Assembly: GCF_036365525.1 (NCBI RefSeq)
Contig: NC_090408.1
Span: forward strand, 12,811,599 to 12,875,598
Direction of reading: 5' to 3'
Origin: Heterodontus francisci
Taxonomy: Eukaryota
DNA length: 64,000 nucleotides
The position numbers were made by a program, and so were the translations under genes. This document shows positions 49,986-62,748 of the stretch, piece after piece; the first letter of the stretch is position 1; the number at the start of each line of letters is the position of its first letter. The notes under the pieces were generated by a model, which saw nothing but the letters and a program-made list of their open reading frames with translations, was not told where the DNA came from and made no database searches.

Positions 49986-52900
49986 ATGGGTGTAAGAATT
50001 GCTTCCATTAATGTGCGTAGCATTAAATCTACTACACGATGTGTTTCAACCTTGGATTACCTTGCCAAGGTCAAAGCTGACCTACTGTTTCTGCAGGAGT
50101 GTGGAATACCACACCTCAGCACCTACAGGCAGTGGTCGCGATGGTGGTCCCACGGGCCATCGATCTGGTCAGGGGGAAATGACTGCCGTTCCTCCGGCCT
50201 GGGTATTCTGCTGCGGGGAGGTAACTTCACCATCTCCGAAGTTAAGGAGCTGGTGGGCGGCCGCCTCCTCGTAGCAGACGTGATGTACAACAACGCTCCG
50301 CTCCGGTTGATCAACGTGTACGCCCCGGTACAACGCAGCGAGCGGCTGACCGTCTTCCAGCAGCTCCCACTGCTGCTGGCGACGTCCAGGCCGGTCATCC
50401 TAGGCGGTGACTTCAACTGCATCATCGATGCGGCTGGACGATCCGGCAGTGACGACAGCAAACTGGACGCTACGTCCAGATTCCTAATAGAAACAGTTAA
50501 AGATGCCAAACTGCACAACGTCTTCAGCAAACCTGCAGACGAAGCGCAGCGCAGATACACATGGTCAAGATCGGACGGGTCTGCCCGTTCCAGGATTGAC
50601 TTCCTGTTTGTGTCCCGTGCTGTCACGGTCGGATCCACCGACGTCAAGCCGGTGTTCTTCTCCGACCACTGCCTCTTACTGGCCGACTGTCACTTACAGG
50701 ACGACCAGCGGGTTGGCAGAGGGACGTGGAAGCTCAATGCGACACTGCTGACCCCAGAGAACGTTGAGGAACTCAAAAGGGATTACAAAGGTTGGAGGAC
50801 CGTGAAACCCCTCTTTGAGTCTCCAGTTCACTGGTGGGAAGCGATTAAGGAGAACATCAAGAGGTTCTTCATCCACGAAGGTGTTCAGAAGGCGAGAGAG
50901 AGACAGAGGGAACTGTCCCGACTACAGAAAATTATGCAAAATCTACTCCGGTTACAGTCAATGGGGGTCGAGGTCAAGGAGGACCTCCAAGATGTGAAGA
51001 GCCAGCAGGCCTCGCTCTTTGCCAAGGAGGCCTCCAAGATCATCTTCCGGTCCAGAGTCCGCTCCACCGAGCAGGATGAGACGTGCTCGCGTTACTTCTT
51101 CCAAAAGGTACACAGAGAGAGCTCTGTTATCAGCAGCCTGAAGGAAGAAGATGGCTCGGTAACGTCTTCGCAGTCCGACATACTAAGGATCAGCAAATCC
51201 TTTTATGCTGGGCTGTATGACGCGAAGCCCACAGACAGCAGAGCCTCCCAGTCCTTCCTGTCATCTATCACAGAGGTCTTAGATGACAGCAGGAGTGAGA
51301 GACTGGACAAGCCGCTAACTCTGGACGAGCTGACAAAGGCCGTCGAGTCTTTCGAGACGAGTAAAACTCCCGGGAGCGACGGCTTACCGGTCGAGTTGTA
51401 CTCGGCCCTGTGGGACTGGGTCGGCCCAGACCTGCTGGAAGTATACGAGAGTATGCTCCTGGCCGGCAGCATGTCAGAATCCATGAGGAAAGGCATCATC
51501 ACCCTCATTTACAAGCAGAAGGGGGAGAAGGCAGAAATCAGAAATTGGCGGCCCATCTCACTGCTTAATGTTGATTACAAGGTTCTGTCCAAAGTCATAG
51601 CCAGTCGAGTCAAGTCTGCTCTGGAGTTGGTGATTCACCCCGATCAGACCTGTACTGTACCCGGCAGGAAGATCTCTGATAGTCTCGCGCTACTCAGGGA
51701 TACGATCGCCTACGTACGGGACAGGAGGGTGGACACCTGCCTCATCAGCCTGGACCAGGAGAAGGCTTTTGACAGGATATCGCACACCTACATGATGGAC
51801 GTGCTTTCCAAAATGGGGTTTGGGGAGGGAATCTGCAATTGGATCCAACTGCTCTACACAAACATCAGTAGCGCAGTCTCAATCAACGGGTGGGAATCGG
51901 AAAGTTTCCCGATCAAATCTGGAGTCAGACAGGGCTGCCCTCTGTCCCCAGTCTTGTTTGTTTGCTGTATTGAACCCTTTGCTGAGTCTATTAGGAAGGA
52001 TGCGAGCATAAGAGGGGTGACAATCCCAGGCAGCGGAGGCACTCAGGTTAAAACCTCCTTGTACATGGATGACGTCGCCGTTTTCTGCTCGGATCCGCTG
52101 TCCGTGCGCAGACTGATGAGCATCTGCGACCAGTTCGAACTGGCCTCGGGAGCCAAAGTTAACCATGGCAACAGCGAGGCCATGTTCTTTGGCAACTGGG
52201 CTGACCGATCCTTTGTCCTTCACCATCAGGTCAGATTACCTGAAGGTGCTGGGGATATGGTTCGGAAGGGCCGGGGCGTGCACCAAAACATGGGAGGAGC
52301 GAGTAGCCAAGGTACAACAAAAGTTGGGCATGTGGGGGCAGCGATCTCTCTCCATTGTGGGTAAGAACCTGGTCATCAGGTGCGAGGCGCTCACGTTGTT
52401 GCTCTACGTGGCGCAGGTCTGGCCCAAACCCCACTCCTGCGCCGCGGCAGTCACCCGAGCCATTTTCCGCTTCGTCTGGGGATCTAAAATGGACCGGGTC
52501 CGGAGGGACACGATGTTCAAATCTCTGGACAAGGGCGGGAAAAATGTACCCAACGCGGCCCTCATCCTGATGACCACCTTCGTGTGCGGCTGCATCAAGC
52601 TGTGTGTAGATCCCCAGTACGCAAACTCCAAGTGTCACTACGTGCTGAGGTTCTATCTGTCCCCAGTGTTGCGAAGGATGGGCCTGGTCACATTGCCGCG
52701 GAACGCTCCGTGCAGTTGGGACGTGCCGTACCACCTATCCTTCGTGGAACAGTTTCTGCGGGAAAACACCTTTGACCACCGGTCCATCAGGCAGTGGTCT
52801 GCACGGAATGTCCTCAAGGCCCTACGGGAAAAGGAAACGGTGGATCCTGTTGGATGGTTCCCGGAGCAGACCGTCAAAGTCATTTGGCGGAATGCCTCAT

Positions 52901-53391
52901 CACCAGAACTTTCAAACAAGCACCAAGACGTAGCTTGGCTGGTGGTGAGAAGGGCCCTCCCCGTCAGATCCTTCATGCACACCCGAAGTCTCGCCCCCTC
53001 CGCACAGTGCCCCCGCGTTGGCTGTGGTGGGGAAGAGACGGTCGCCCACCTCCTCCTGGAATGTGACTTTGCAAAGCAGGTGTGGAAAGAGATGCAGTGG
53101 TTTTTGTCAAGGTTCATCCCAAGCAGCTCTGTAACACAGGAGTCTGTGCTCTACGGGCTGTTCCCAGGGACGCACACCGAGACAAACATCAACTGCTGCT
53201 GGAGGACTATCAATTCGGTGAAAGACGCCCTTTGGTCTGCCCGAAACTTGCTGGTCTTCCAGCGCAAAGAGTTGTCCACCGCTGAATGTTGCAGACTGGC
53301 ACATTCCAAGGTCCAGGACTCCGTGCCGAGGGACGCACTAAAGCTTGGGGCAGCCGCAGCAAAGGCTCAATGGGGAAAGACCACAGTGTAA
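49986..53391 (+). pseudogene. Tx1 ORF2p (APE endonuclease, RT, C-terminal zinc finger) with one frameshift near 52217
   Basis: ORFs 49986..52364 and 52165..53391; SINVR, LQE, GGDFN, SDH, GVRQGCPLS, YMDD, CPRVGCGGEETVAHLLLEC. Confidence 0.92.
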
Positions 53392-53789
53392 GGTTCCCCC
53401 ACCAAGCTGAACTGAGGGGCTGGATCCATGGGAAACCCCTCAACCTGTATCGTTAATATTCTCAATTGCTGTAAATGTAAAACTGTAATTGACATGACAA
53501 TTGTGAAACGGAAGGGTTGGGAAGAAACTCATGACAGTATTGAAGGAAACTGATGTCCCTTGCAATGTTTGTATTTTTTGGTGCTGTTTGGAAACTGTTT
53601 GGCAATGTAATTTTTACAGATTTTTATGAATAAAGTATATTTTGGAAAAAAAAAGATTATCTGGGCATTCATCTCCTAGCTGTGATCTTACTGTGCAAAC
53701 ATTTGTGGCCACATTTCCTACATTACAACAGTGGGTACACCTCGGAAGTACTTCATTGGCCATGAAATACTTTGGGTCAGCATGAAACT

Positions 53790-55152
53790 GGTGGGTAGCT
53801 GATGTAACCCCACTATTTAAAAAAGGAGGTAGGGAGAAAACAGGGAATTATAGACCGGTTAGCCTGACATCAGTAGTGGGGAAAATGCTAGAGTCCATTA
53901 TAAAAGATGTAATAGCAGAGCACTTGGAAAACAATGACAGGATTGGACAAAGTCAACGTGGATTTGCGAAAGGGAAATCATGCTTGACAAATCTACTGGA
54001 ATTTTTTGAGGATGTAACTAGTAGAATAGATAAGGGAGAACCAGTGGATGTGGTGTATTTGGACTTGCAGAAGGCTTTTGATAAGTTCCCACATAAGAGA
54101 TTAGCGTGCAAAATAAAAGCACATGGGACTGGGGGTAGGGTACTGACATGGATAGAGTACTGGTTGGCAGGCAGGAAATAAAGAGTAGGAATAAATGGGT
54201 CTTTTTCCGAGTGGCAGGTAGTGACTAGTCGGGTACCGCAGTGATCAGTGCTCGGACCCCAGCTATTCACAATATATATTAATGATATAGATGAGGGAAC
54301 TAAATGTAATATATCCAAGTTTGCAGATGACACAAAACTGGGTGGGAGTGTGAGCTGTGAGGAGGATGCAGAGAAGCTCCAGTGTGATTTGGACAGGTTG
54401 AGTGAGTGGGCAAATACCAAGCCAATGCAGTATAATGTGGATAAATATGAGGTTATCCACTTTGGTGGCAAAAATAGAAAGGCAGATATTATCTGAACGG
54501 CGATAGATTGGGAAAGGGGGAGGTGCAGCGAGACCTGGATATCCTTGTGCACCAGTCGCTGAAAGTAAACATGCAGGTGCAGCAGGCAGTTAAGGCAAAT
54601 GGTATGTTGGCCTTCATAGCGAGAGGATTCGAGTACAGGAACAAGGATGTCTTGCTGCAATTATACAAGGCCTTGGTGAGATCACATCTGGAGTATTGTG
54701 TGCAATTCTGGTCTCCTTATCTGAGGAAAGATGTTCTTGCTATGGAGGGAGTGCAGTAAAGGTTCAGCAGAGTGATTCCTGGGATGGCAGGACTGATGTA
54801 CGAAGAGTGATTGGGTCGATTAGGCTTGTATTCGCTAGAGTTTAGAAGAATGAGAGGGGATCTCATAGAAACCTACAAAATTCTAACAGGACTGTACAGA
54901 CTAGATGCAGGAAGGATGTTCCCGATGGCAGGGGAGTCCAGGACCAGGGGTCACAGTCTAAGGATCAGGGGGAAGCCATTTAGGAGAGATGAGGAAGGAT
55001 TTCTTCACCCAGAGAGTGGTTAACCTGTGGAATCCTCTAACACAGAAAGCAGTTGAGGCCTGCTGAGTTTGGATGATCAGCCATGATCGTAATGAATGGC
55101 AGTGCAGGCTCGAAGGGCCAAATGGCCTACTCCTGCTCCTATTTTGTTTCTA
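53790..55152 (+). mobile_element. CR1 RT-to-3' fragment
   Basis: ORFs 53876..55023; same subfamily as 34228-35420. Confidence 0.9.
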
Positions 55153-55247
55153 TGAAAGGTGCTATATAAATGCAAGTTCTTTCTTTCTTAAGGGACTCAA
55201 TGACAAGCATGACCAATCAATGCAGAACAGCAACAAAGTCAGTAAGA

Positions 55248-55352
55248 TAATAAAAACAAGAAATGCTGGAAATACTCAGCAGGTCTAGCAGCATCTGTGG
55301 AGAGAGAAGCAGAGTTAACGTTTCAGGTCTATGACCTTTGGTCAGTAACTGT
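55248..55352 (-). mobile_element. Penelope-like terminal repeat fragment
   Basis: Nearly the same sequence as 62749-62850. Confidence 0.7.
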
Positions 55353-55825
55353 CAGAGGGAGAAATGATCAAACATTTTAGCGCTCTGGTTAGACCACACC
55401 TTGATTACCACATCCAATATTGGTCACGAGGGAATGAGGCATTCTCTTGCTGGAGAAAAGTCTCCAGCTAATGCCCAGAGTCAGGGGAATGAGTTACACG
55501 GGAAGAGTGGTGAGACTTGGGTTTTTCAGGCTGGAAAGATGAACTTATAGAGGGATATAAGATTCTTAAGGGTACACAGAAAGTTAATCAGGAATATTAC
55601 TTTAAATTATACTGCAGTTAAACAAGGGACATGAGCTCAAAATAGTAATAAATAAATAATTTTAGGACTGGTTTCAGGAAATTCTTTTTCACATTAAAAA
55701 GCAGGGAAGTCATGTTGAACTTATATAGAACCTTGGTTAGACCACACGGAGTACTGTGAACAGTTCTCCAAATAATTAAAAAACAAGGATACAGAAGCCC
55801 TGGAGAAAGTTCAAAAAAGACTTAA

Positions 55826-56083
55826 TTTAGTTTTAATTTTTTTAATTTAGAGATACAGCACTGAAACAGGCCCTTCGGCCCACCGAGTCTGTGCCGACCA
55901 TCAACCATCCATTTATACTAATCCTATATCCCTACCACATCCCCACCTGTCCCTATATTTCCCTACCACCTACCTGTACTAGGGGCAATTTATAATGGCC
56001 AATTTACCTATCAACCTGCAAGTCTTTGGCATGTGGGAGGAAACCGGAGCACCCGGAGGAAACCCACGCAGACACAGGGAGAA
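55826..56083 (-). mobile_element. HE1-like SINE (5'-truncated) inserted in a CR1 fragment
   Basis: Highly similar to 4300-4555. Confidence 0.8.
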
Positions 56084-56199
56084 AACCCACTAGAACTTAC
56101 TAGAATGATAACAAAACTGAGAGGATATATCAAGAAAGTGAGCAGGCTGAGGGTCTTTAGAAAAGAAAAGGCTGAGGGATGATTGATTGAAGTCTTCAA

Positions 56200-57110
56200 G
56201 ATTATGTGAAGTGATTCATTTTGGTAGGAAGAACATGGAGAGACAATTTAAGATAAAGGGTACAATTCTAAAGGGGCTGCAGGAGCTGAGGGATCTGGGT
56301 GTATATGTGCATAAGTCATTGAAGTTGGCAGGACAGGTTGAGAGCACGGTTAATAAAGCATACAGTGTACTAGGCTTTATTAATAGGGGCATAGAGTACA
56401 AGAGATGGGAAGTTATCTTGAACTTGTATAAGACACTAGTTCAGCCTCAGCTGGAGTATTGTGTCCAGTTCTGGGTGCCGCACTTTAGGAAAGATGTGAA
56501 GTGAGTACAGAAAAGATTGATGAGGAAGGTTCCAGGGATGAGGAACTTCAGGTATGAAGATAGATTGGAGAAGTTGGGACTGTTTTCCTTGGAGAAGAGA
56601 AGGCTGAGAGATTTGATAGAGGTATTCAAAATCATGAGGCGTCTGGACAGAGTAGATGGGGAGAAACTGTTCCCACTTGTGAAAGGATGGAGAAGGGGAG
56701 GGCATAGATTTCAAGTGATTGGAAAAAGAGGCAAAAGCGACATGAGGAAAACATTTCCACACAGCGAGTGGTTAAGATCTGGACTGCACTGCCTGAGAGT
56801 GCGGTGCAGGCAGGTTCAATCGAGGCATTCAGAAGGGAATTAGACTGTATTCTGAAAAGGAAGAATGGTGTAACCTAATATGGAATTCAGGAGACACTTC
56901 TTTACCCACAGAATGCGACACTCACTACCACAAGGAGTAGTTGAGACAAATAGCATAGATGTAATTAAGGGAAGTTAGATAAATACATGAGGGAGAAAGG
57001 AATAGAAGGAAATGCTGATAGGAGTAGAAATAGGTTGAGAGGAGGCTTGTGTGGAGAATAAACACCAGCACAGACTGGTTAAGCCAAATGGCCTGTTTCT
57101 GTGCTGTGAA
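56200..57110 (+). mobile_element. CR1 3' fragments (composite)
   Basis: ORFs 56187..56504 and 56517..56843. Confidence 0.8.
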
Positions 57111-57519
57111 TTCCAGGTAATTCTATGTAAGAAGATGAACGAATCGAGCTATCTGTCCACTGGCAGGGCTGACAGAGTTTCAAAAGAACTGGGTGAATTA
57201 TTTTTAGAAAGAGGATACAGGGCACAAAGTCCCATGTTCCTGCCAGTTTCAATCCGCATTTTTCTGTGCTTCAATCAATTTTGGAGCTGTTTTGCTCACA
57301 TGGTGTGTTTTACAAACAAAGTGAGATGTCCTTTACATATTATTCAGGACATTTAATCACTTTCCAGTATTAAGAAAGATTTTCAAACTATTAAATACAT
57401 GTTCTGCCTGTTTGGGCAATAGCTGGCAGATCCAATTCCTTGGCTATGCCTGGTATTCTGTGGTTTGGTTGGGTCAGTACTATAAAGGAGCTCTTGACCT
57501 GAAAGACATACATTAATAT

Positions 57520-57935
57520 AGAGTCTTTTCACAACCTCAGGGCATCGCAAAGCATTTTACAACCAATGACGTAGTTTTGAAGCGTTGTCATTGCTGTAAT
57601 GTAGGAAATGCAGCAACCAATTTGCACACAGCAAAGTCCCACAAACAGTTATAATGATGAAATAATAAGTTTTTTAGACGTTGATTGAGGGATTACTATT
57701 GTCTCGGACACTGGGAAGAACTTCACTCCTCTTCTTGGGATCTTTTACATCCAACTGAGAAAACAGACAGTGTCTTGTTTTGACATTTTGTTCAAAAGAC
57801 AGCACCTCCAATAATGTAGTATTCTCTCCATCCTGCAATGAGGCATCTATTGGATTACAAGCTCAAGTCTTTTGAATTAGATTTGAACCCACAACCTTTT
57901 GACTCACTGGCAAATTGGCTACCACTGACCAAGCC
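57520..57935 (-). mobile_element. Deu-domain SINE
   Basis: Colinear with 33146-33596. Confidence 0.65.
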
Positions 57936-58152
57936 TGGCACCATCACTACCAATATTATTCAAATTGGTAACAGTTTTGCCTCTGAATCAACAAGTTGAA
58001 ACACCACTCCAGGACTTGGAATGCATAATCCAAGTTGACATTCAAAGGAGTAGATTGAGTTCTCCATTTTCAGAAGTGTTGTCCTTTAGATAAGGTATTA
58101 AACTGCCTTTTCCAGTAGTTCAGATGGATGTGAAAGATCACATGGCACTTTT

Positions 58153-58590
58153 GTTATGAAGATAGATTGGAGAAGTTGGTACTGTTTTCCATGGAGAAGA
58201 GAAGGCTGAGAGGTGATTTGATAGAGGTATTCAAAATCATGAGGCGTCTGGACAGAGTAGATAGAGAGAAATTGTTCCCAATCGTTAAGGATCGAGAAAG
58301 AGAGGGCACAGATTTAAAGGTATTGGCAAAAGAAGCAAAAGTGACATGAGGAAAAGCTTTTTTATGCAGCGAGGGGTTAAGATCTGGAATGCACTGCCTC
58401 GGAGCATGGTGGAGGCCGGTTAAATCGAGGCATTCAAAAGGGAAACAGACTGTTATCTGAAAAGAAAGAATGTGCAGGGTTGTGGGGAGAAGGTGGGGGA
58501 ATGGCACTAGGTGAATTGTTCATTCGGAGATCCAGTGTGGGCACGATGGGCCAAATGGCCTCTTTCTGTGCTGCAATGATTCTGTGATTT
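58153..58590 (+). mobile_element. CR1 3' fragment inserted in a Deu-domain SINE
   Basis: ORF 58167..58349; flanks rejoin as catggcact...|gaggagcagggagttccaccagtgtcctg. Confidence 0.8.
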
Positions 58591-59224
58591 GAGGAGCAGG
58601 GAGTTCCACCAGTGTCCTGATCATTCAACTTACTGTTTGCGGACAAGTTGGCTGGATCCATTTGCATCAACGGCCAGTGAGCTTCAAAGGCACTTTGTGG
58701 GAGAAGCGGATTCAGATCATTTGTGGGATACAATTAGCCATTGTGTGAGTGCAAGTCTTCCCTTCCTCCTCTTCCCACTTTAGATGAAGGGTCACCACCT
58801 GAAACATTAATTTGTTTTGTTTTTCTCTCTTCAAGGTCCTGTCAAACCAGCCGTGCATTTGTTGCATCTTTTGCTTTTATCTGATAGCTACTGTGGTGAA
58901 GCTTTATCCAGTGGACATCTTCAATAAAGGTTTACTGAAAGTCAAGCACGAAAGAAAAATGATCACCTGTAGCTCTAGAACATCACTGGATAGCTTTACA
59001 TTGTAATCATGTACTAATTATCTGCTCATTAGAGACCGAACTGAAACTGTATGAAGAGGAGAAGGCTGTATTTAACAGGGACTTTGCACAGTGGATTTTC
59101 AGGTTTTTATTGTTCTTTAATTGCAAAAATATTCTTGTTAAATAGTTGTCTTTACTGTACTGGGGAGAAATTAACTATGCCGCAGTCCCATTTCTTAAAT
59201 GCTTTTTTCTTGTTTTTCTGTCTA

Positions 59225-59510
59225 AATCTGGCCTCTTGAGCATCATTGATTTTCATCGTTCCACTATTGGTGACCACGCCTTCAGCTGCTGAGCTCTAAG
59301 CTCTGGAATTCCCTCCCTAAAGCTTCTCTCCAGCTTTGTCTCCTCCTTTTAAGTTGCTTGTTAAAGCCTACCTCTTTAACTAAGCTTTTAGTCACCTGTC
59401 CTAATATCACCTTATGTGTCGCAGTGTCAAATTTTGTTTGATACGCTCCTGTGAAGCAGCTTGGAACATTCTAATGCATTAAGGAGGCTATATAAATGCA
59501 AGTTGTTTTT
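59225..59510 (+). mobile_element. L2-type 3' tail
   Basis: Colinear with 28080-28360. Confidence 0.65.
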
Positions 59511-59844
59511 TTTTCATGTTGTATATCTCAGTAGTTTAGTACCACTAGGCTTTCAAAACTATGGGCTGAATTTTATACAGACGGCAGGGTCCCATTGCCA
59601 GGCTGACTCCTGTTCCCATGCATATTCCTATGATCCAGGTGTCTTCTTTGGCCTACTTGTCTCGAGAGACAATGGGTAAGCGCCTGGACGTGGTCATTGG
59701 TTTGTGAAGCAGAGCCTGGAGTGGCTATAAAGGCCAATTCTAGAGTGACAGACTCTTCCACAGGTGCTGCAGATAAAATTGGTTGTCGGGGCTGTTACAC
59801 AGTTGGTTCTCTCCTTGCACTTCTGTCTTTTTTCCTACCAACTC

Positions 59845-60350
59845 CAGGTGTACAGATACATAAACTACTAAAGGTAGTGACGGAAGTTAATAAGGCCATT
59901 AAAAAAAACACAGATAACAAAACACTGGGGCTCATTGTTAGAGGGATAGAATTGAAAAGCAGGGAAGTCATGCTAAACTTACATAGAACCTTGGTTGAAC
60001 CAGACTTGAAGTACTATGCACAGTTATCATAGAGTCATAGAGTTATACATCACAGAAACAGGCCTTTCGGCCCATCATGTCTGTGCCGGCCATCAAGCAC
60101 CTATCTATTCTAATCCCATTTTCCAGCACTCCAGCAGTTCTGGTCTTCACATTACAAAAAGGGATATACAGGCAATGGAGAAGGTGCAAAAAAGATTCAC
60201 AAGGATAATACCAGAACTGCGAGGTTACAACTATCAGGAAAGACTAAACCAGCTGGATCCCTTTTCTCTAGAAAAGAGAAGGTTGTTGGGATGGGTGACA
60301 GGGTGGGCTGATGTGATAGAGGTCTTTAAAATGATGAAGGGATTCATAGG
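59845..60350 (+). mobile_element. CR1 fragment with a nested antisense CR1 tail (about 60028-60130)
   Basis: ORFs 59697..60032 and 60016..60468; the nested piece matches 37750-37880. Confidence 0.7.
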
Positions 60351-62342
60351 ATTAATCAGGCTATATGGCACAGAAACAGGCCATTCGGCCCAACCAGTCC
60401 ATACTGGCATTTATGTTCCACTCGCGCCTCCCTTCATCTTTCTAACCTCTCTAGTCCTGGAAAACTAATTTTATATTTATGTAATGTCAAATCTTTTCAT
60501 TATGATAACATTTCATAGTTTTTAATATACTAAAGAACATTTTTAAAGTTTATTTATGATATTTCAGCTTCTAACATGTAAATCCCATCTTTTATTTCAT
60601 TCCCCGTAAAATTTATTTAAAAAAGTGAAGCATAATCAGTGCATTATCCTTCCTGGTGTGCTGTCAGTGAGAATTCTTCAATGTGATTGGCTGCTTACCC
60701 TCTGTGATGACATCTCTGTTGCTGGACGCCTGGAGATGCCTTGACTTGGCACCAGATTCAAATTAACTTGGGGAACTAGGAAATCCATGCCACAGAGATC
60801 ACCAGATCTGTGTGGGCAGCCTTCTTCAAGGTCATTGGCGAGCGCTGTCACTTTGCCACTAACTACAAAATCGGGTCCATTATTTTTACCTCAACAGGCA
60901 CACAGGGCCTCGATTGAACAAGTCAGCTGAAAGACGGAACTTCCAGCAAGGGTTAGAGGCCACTCAAAATTTGGAAATGTTTTTATTCTGTGGCTCTACA
61001 AAAAGACTGTTGGCATGAACTGCTCCTCACCTGGATTTTCCTGTATACATTGCACCCAGACGATTCAATATACTTGGATGTACGAGCAGGAACATCTGCA
61101 TTCACAAACCCGCTTTTGCTAATGGTGAAATAAAAGCAAAATACTGCAGATACTGCTGAGTATTTCTAGAACTTTCTGTTCTCATTGCTAATGATGAGTT
61201 TACAGATATGCTGCCAGACTGTCTTGCTCCCCCTCCTAATCCCTCCCCATCCCATTGACATATCTCTGGCTGTTGGCATTGGCCAAAATTGATGTGTCCT
61301 TGACAGGCATCTGGGAGCTTGATTGGTGTCCGCAACTAGGCTGATATATTCTTAACATGGTCTTTGGGCCTCTCCTTAGCGGTGTGCTGTCATTGCACAG
61401 TGCCAGAATTACACCCAGTTTAGGACAATAAAGAATTTAGGCTCCCTAAGGTCTAAGAGCAGGCTTTTGGGTTGACTTGAGGCTTTTAATTCAAAAGTTT
61501 AATGAAGTCATTGAAAAACACAAAAATTAATTCACCAAATAAATTGAATCTTATTCAGAAATTTGTAGTTTTTTTTAAATTGCATTTAAAAACATATTTT
61601 AGACAAAAATGTGGCTACTCTGAAATAAAATGGCAGCTGAACAATTGTCAGAAAGGGCAAATTGTAGCGGGAAAAAAAACACTACAGCACCTGGTGGACA
61701 GATTGTGCAATTACGGAATGTCGAATTTACACAGTCAGATTCCATTATAAATATGGACAGAATAATTTATAGGGGTAAAAAGGTGACAAATATTGTGACG
61801 ATAGGAAATATGGTTTTGTAGGTGAAAAGTGCATCCAGATGTATGTTTTTTTCATAAGATATGATATCTAGTTACTTTACAATTTCATGGGGTAGATTTT
61901 CCTGATTTTACCTTGATGCATTTTGGATTGTCTGGTGGAAGTGGGGGTGGGGAGGGGTTGTGTGTGGAGTTCAGTCCATACTGGAATCGACCTGATTTTC
62001 TATTCATTAACTGAAATAGATGCAAATAGGGTGGGCTCCTCATGGACATGTACTGCTCTGTACCTGATTTCCCTGTAGTTGTTACATTCAGGCTAGTTAA
62101 TATGCCCAAGGGCAAGACCAGGAAAATCTACCCGAATAACCTCCACCATTGTTCATAATGAGTTTGCAGATATGTTGTTCTGGAACAAATTGTGACAAGG
62201 AATGTGTTACAGGAAGTGTGCGATCAATATTTCGTAAGTAGGTAGACTGAGCTTTCACAGTGGGTCTTTCGATCGGATGTTTTCTTTACAGTCTGCAGGT
62301 TAGTGTCATTCTGCTGAGCTCAGACCCAGCCTTTCAATTAGT

Positions 62343-62725
62343 TTGCATTTATATATTACCTTTCACAACCTCAGGACATCTCAAAGTTCTTTAGTTTTGA
62401 AGTGTAGTCACAGTTGTACACAGCAAGGTCACACGAATAGCAGTGTATTAATGATTGGATAATCTGTTTTTGTAATGATGGCAATTGAGGAATAAATATT
62501 GGCCAGGACACTGGGACTACTCCCTGGAAGAGTGCCATGAGATTTTTCATGTCTACCTGAGAGGACAAAGAGGACCTTGGTGTAACGTCTCACATGAAAG
62601 ATGGCTCCACTGATCATGCAGCACTGCCTCAGTACTGCACTGAGGCATCAGCCTAGATTTTGTGCTAGTCTCTGGAGTGGAACTTGTACCCCTAACCTGC
62701 TGATGCTAGAGGCAGAAGCTGACAC
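62343..62725 (-). mobile_element. Deu-domain SINE
   Basis: Colinear with 33146-33596. Confidence 0.7.
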
Positions 62726-62748
62726 CGGCCTTCAATGAGTACAATGAT

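Larger units (their letters stand above)
48336..53653 (+). mobile_element. Full-length Tx1-clade (Keno-like) non-LTR retrotransposon with U2 head
   Basis: ORF1 + ORF2, 3' AATAAA and A-tail. 17-bp TSD AGATTATCTGGGCATTC (48319-48335, 53654-53670), extendable by ATC shared with U2 nt 1-3. Confidence 0.95.

Noticed and set aside
48577-53443. Long overlapping and antisense ORFs in Tx1 (e.g. 48933..49850, 49335..49949)
   Set aside because: Expected shadow ORFs of GC-rich coding sequence; no recognisable motifs.
61680-61700. CTCF-like motif CCACCAGGTGCTG on the minus strand
   Set aside because: Partial match only, and likely by chance in 64 kb.
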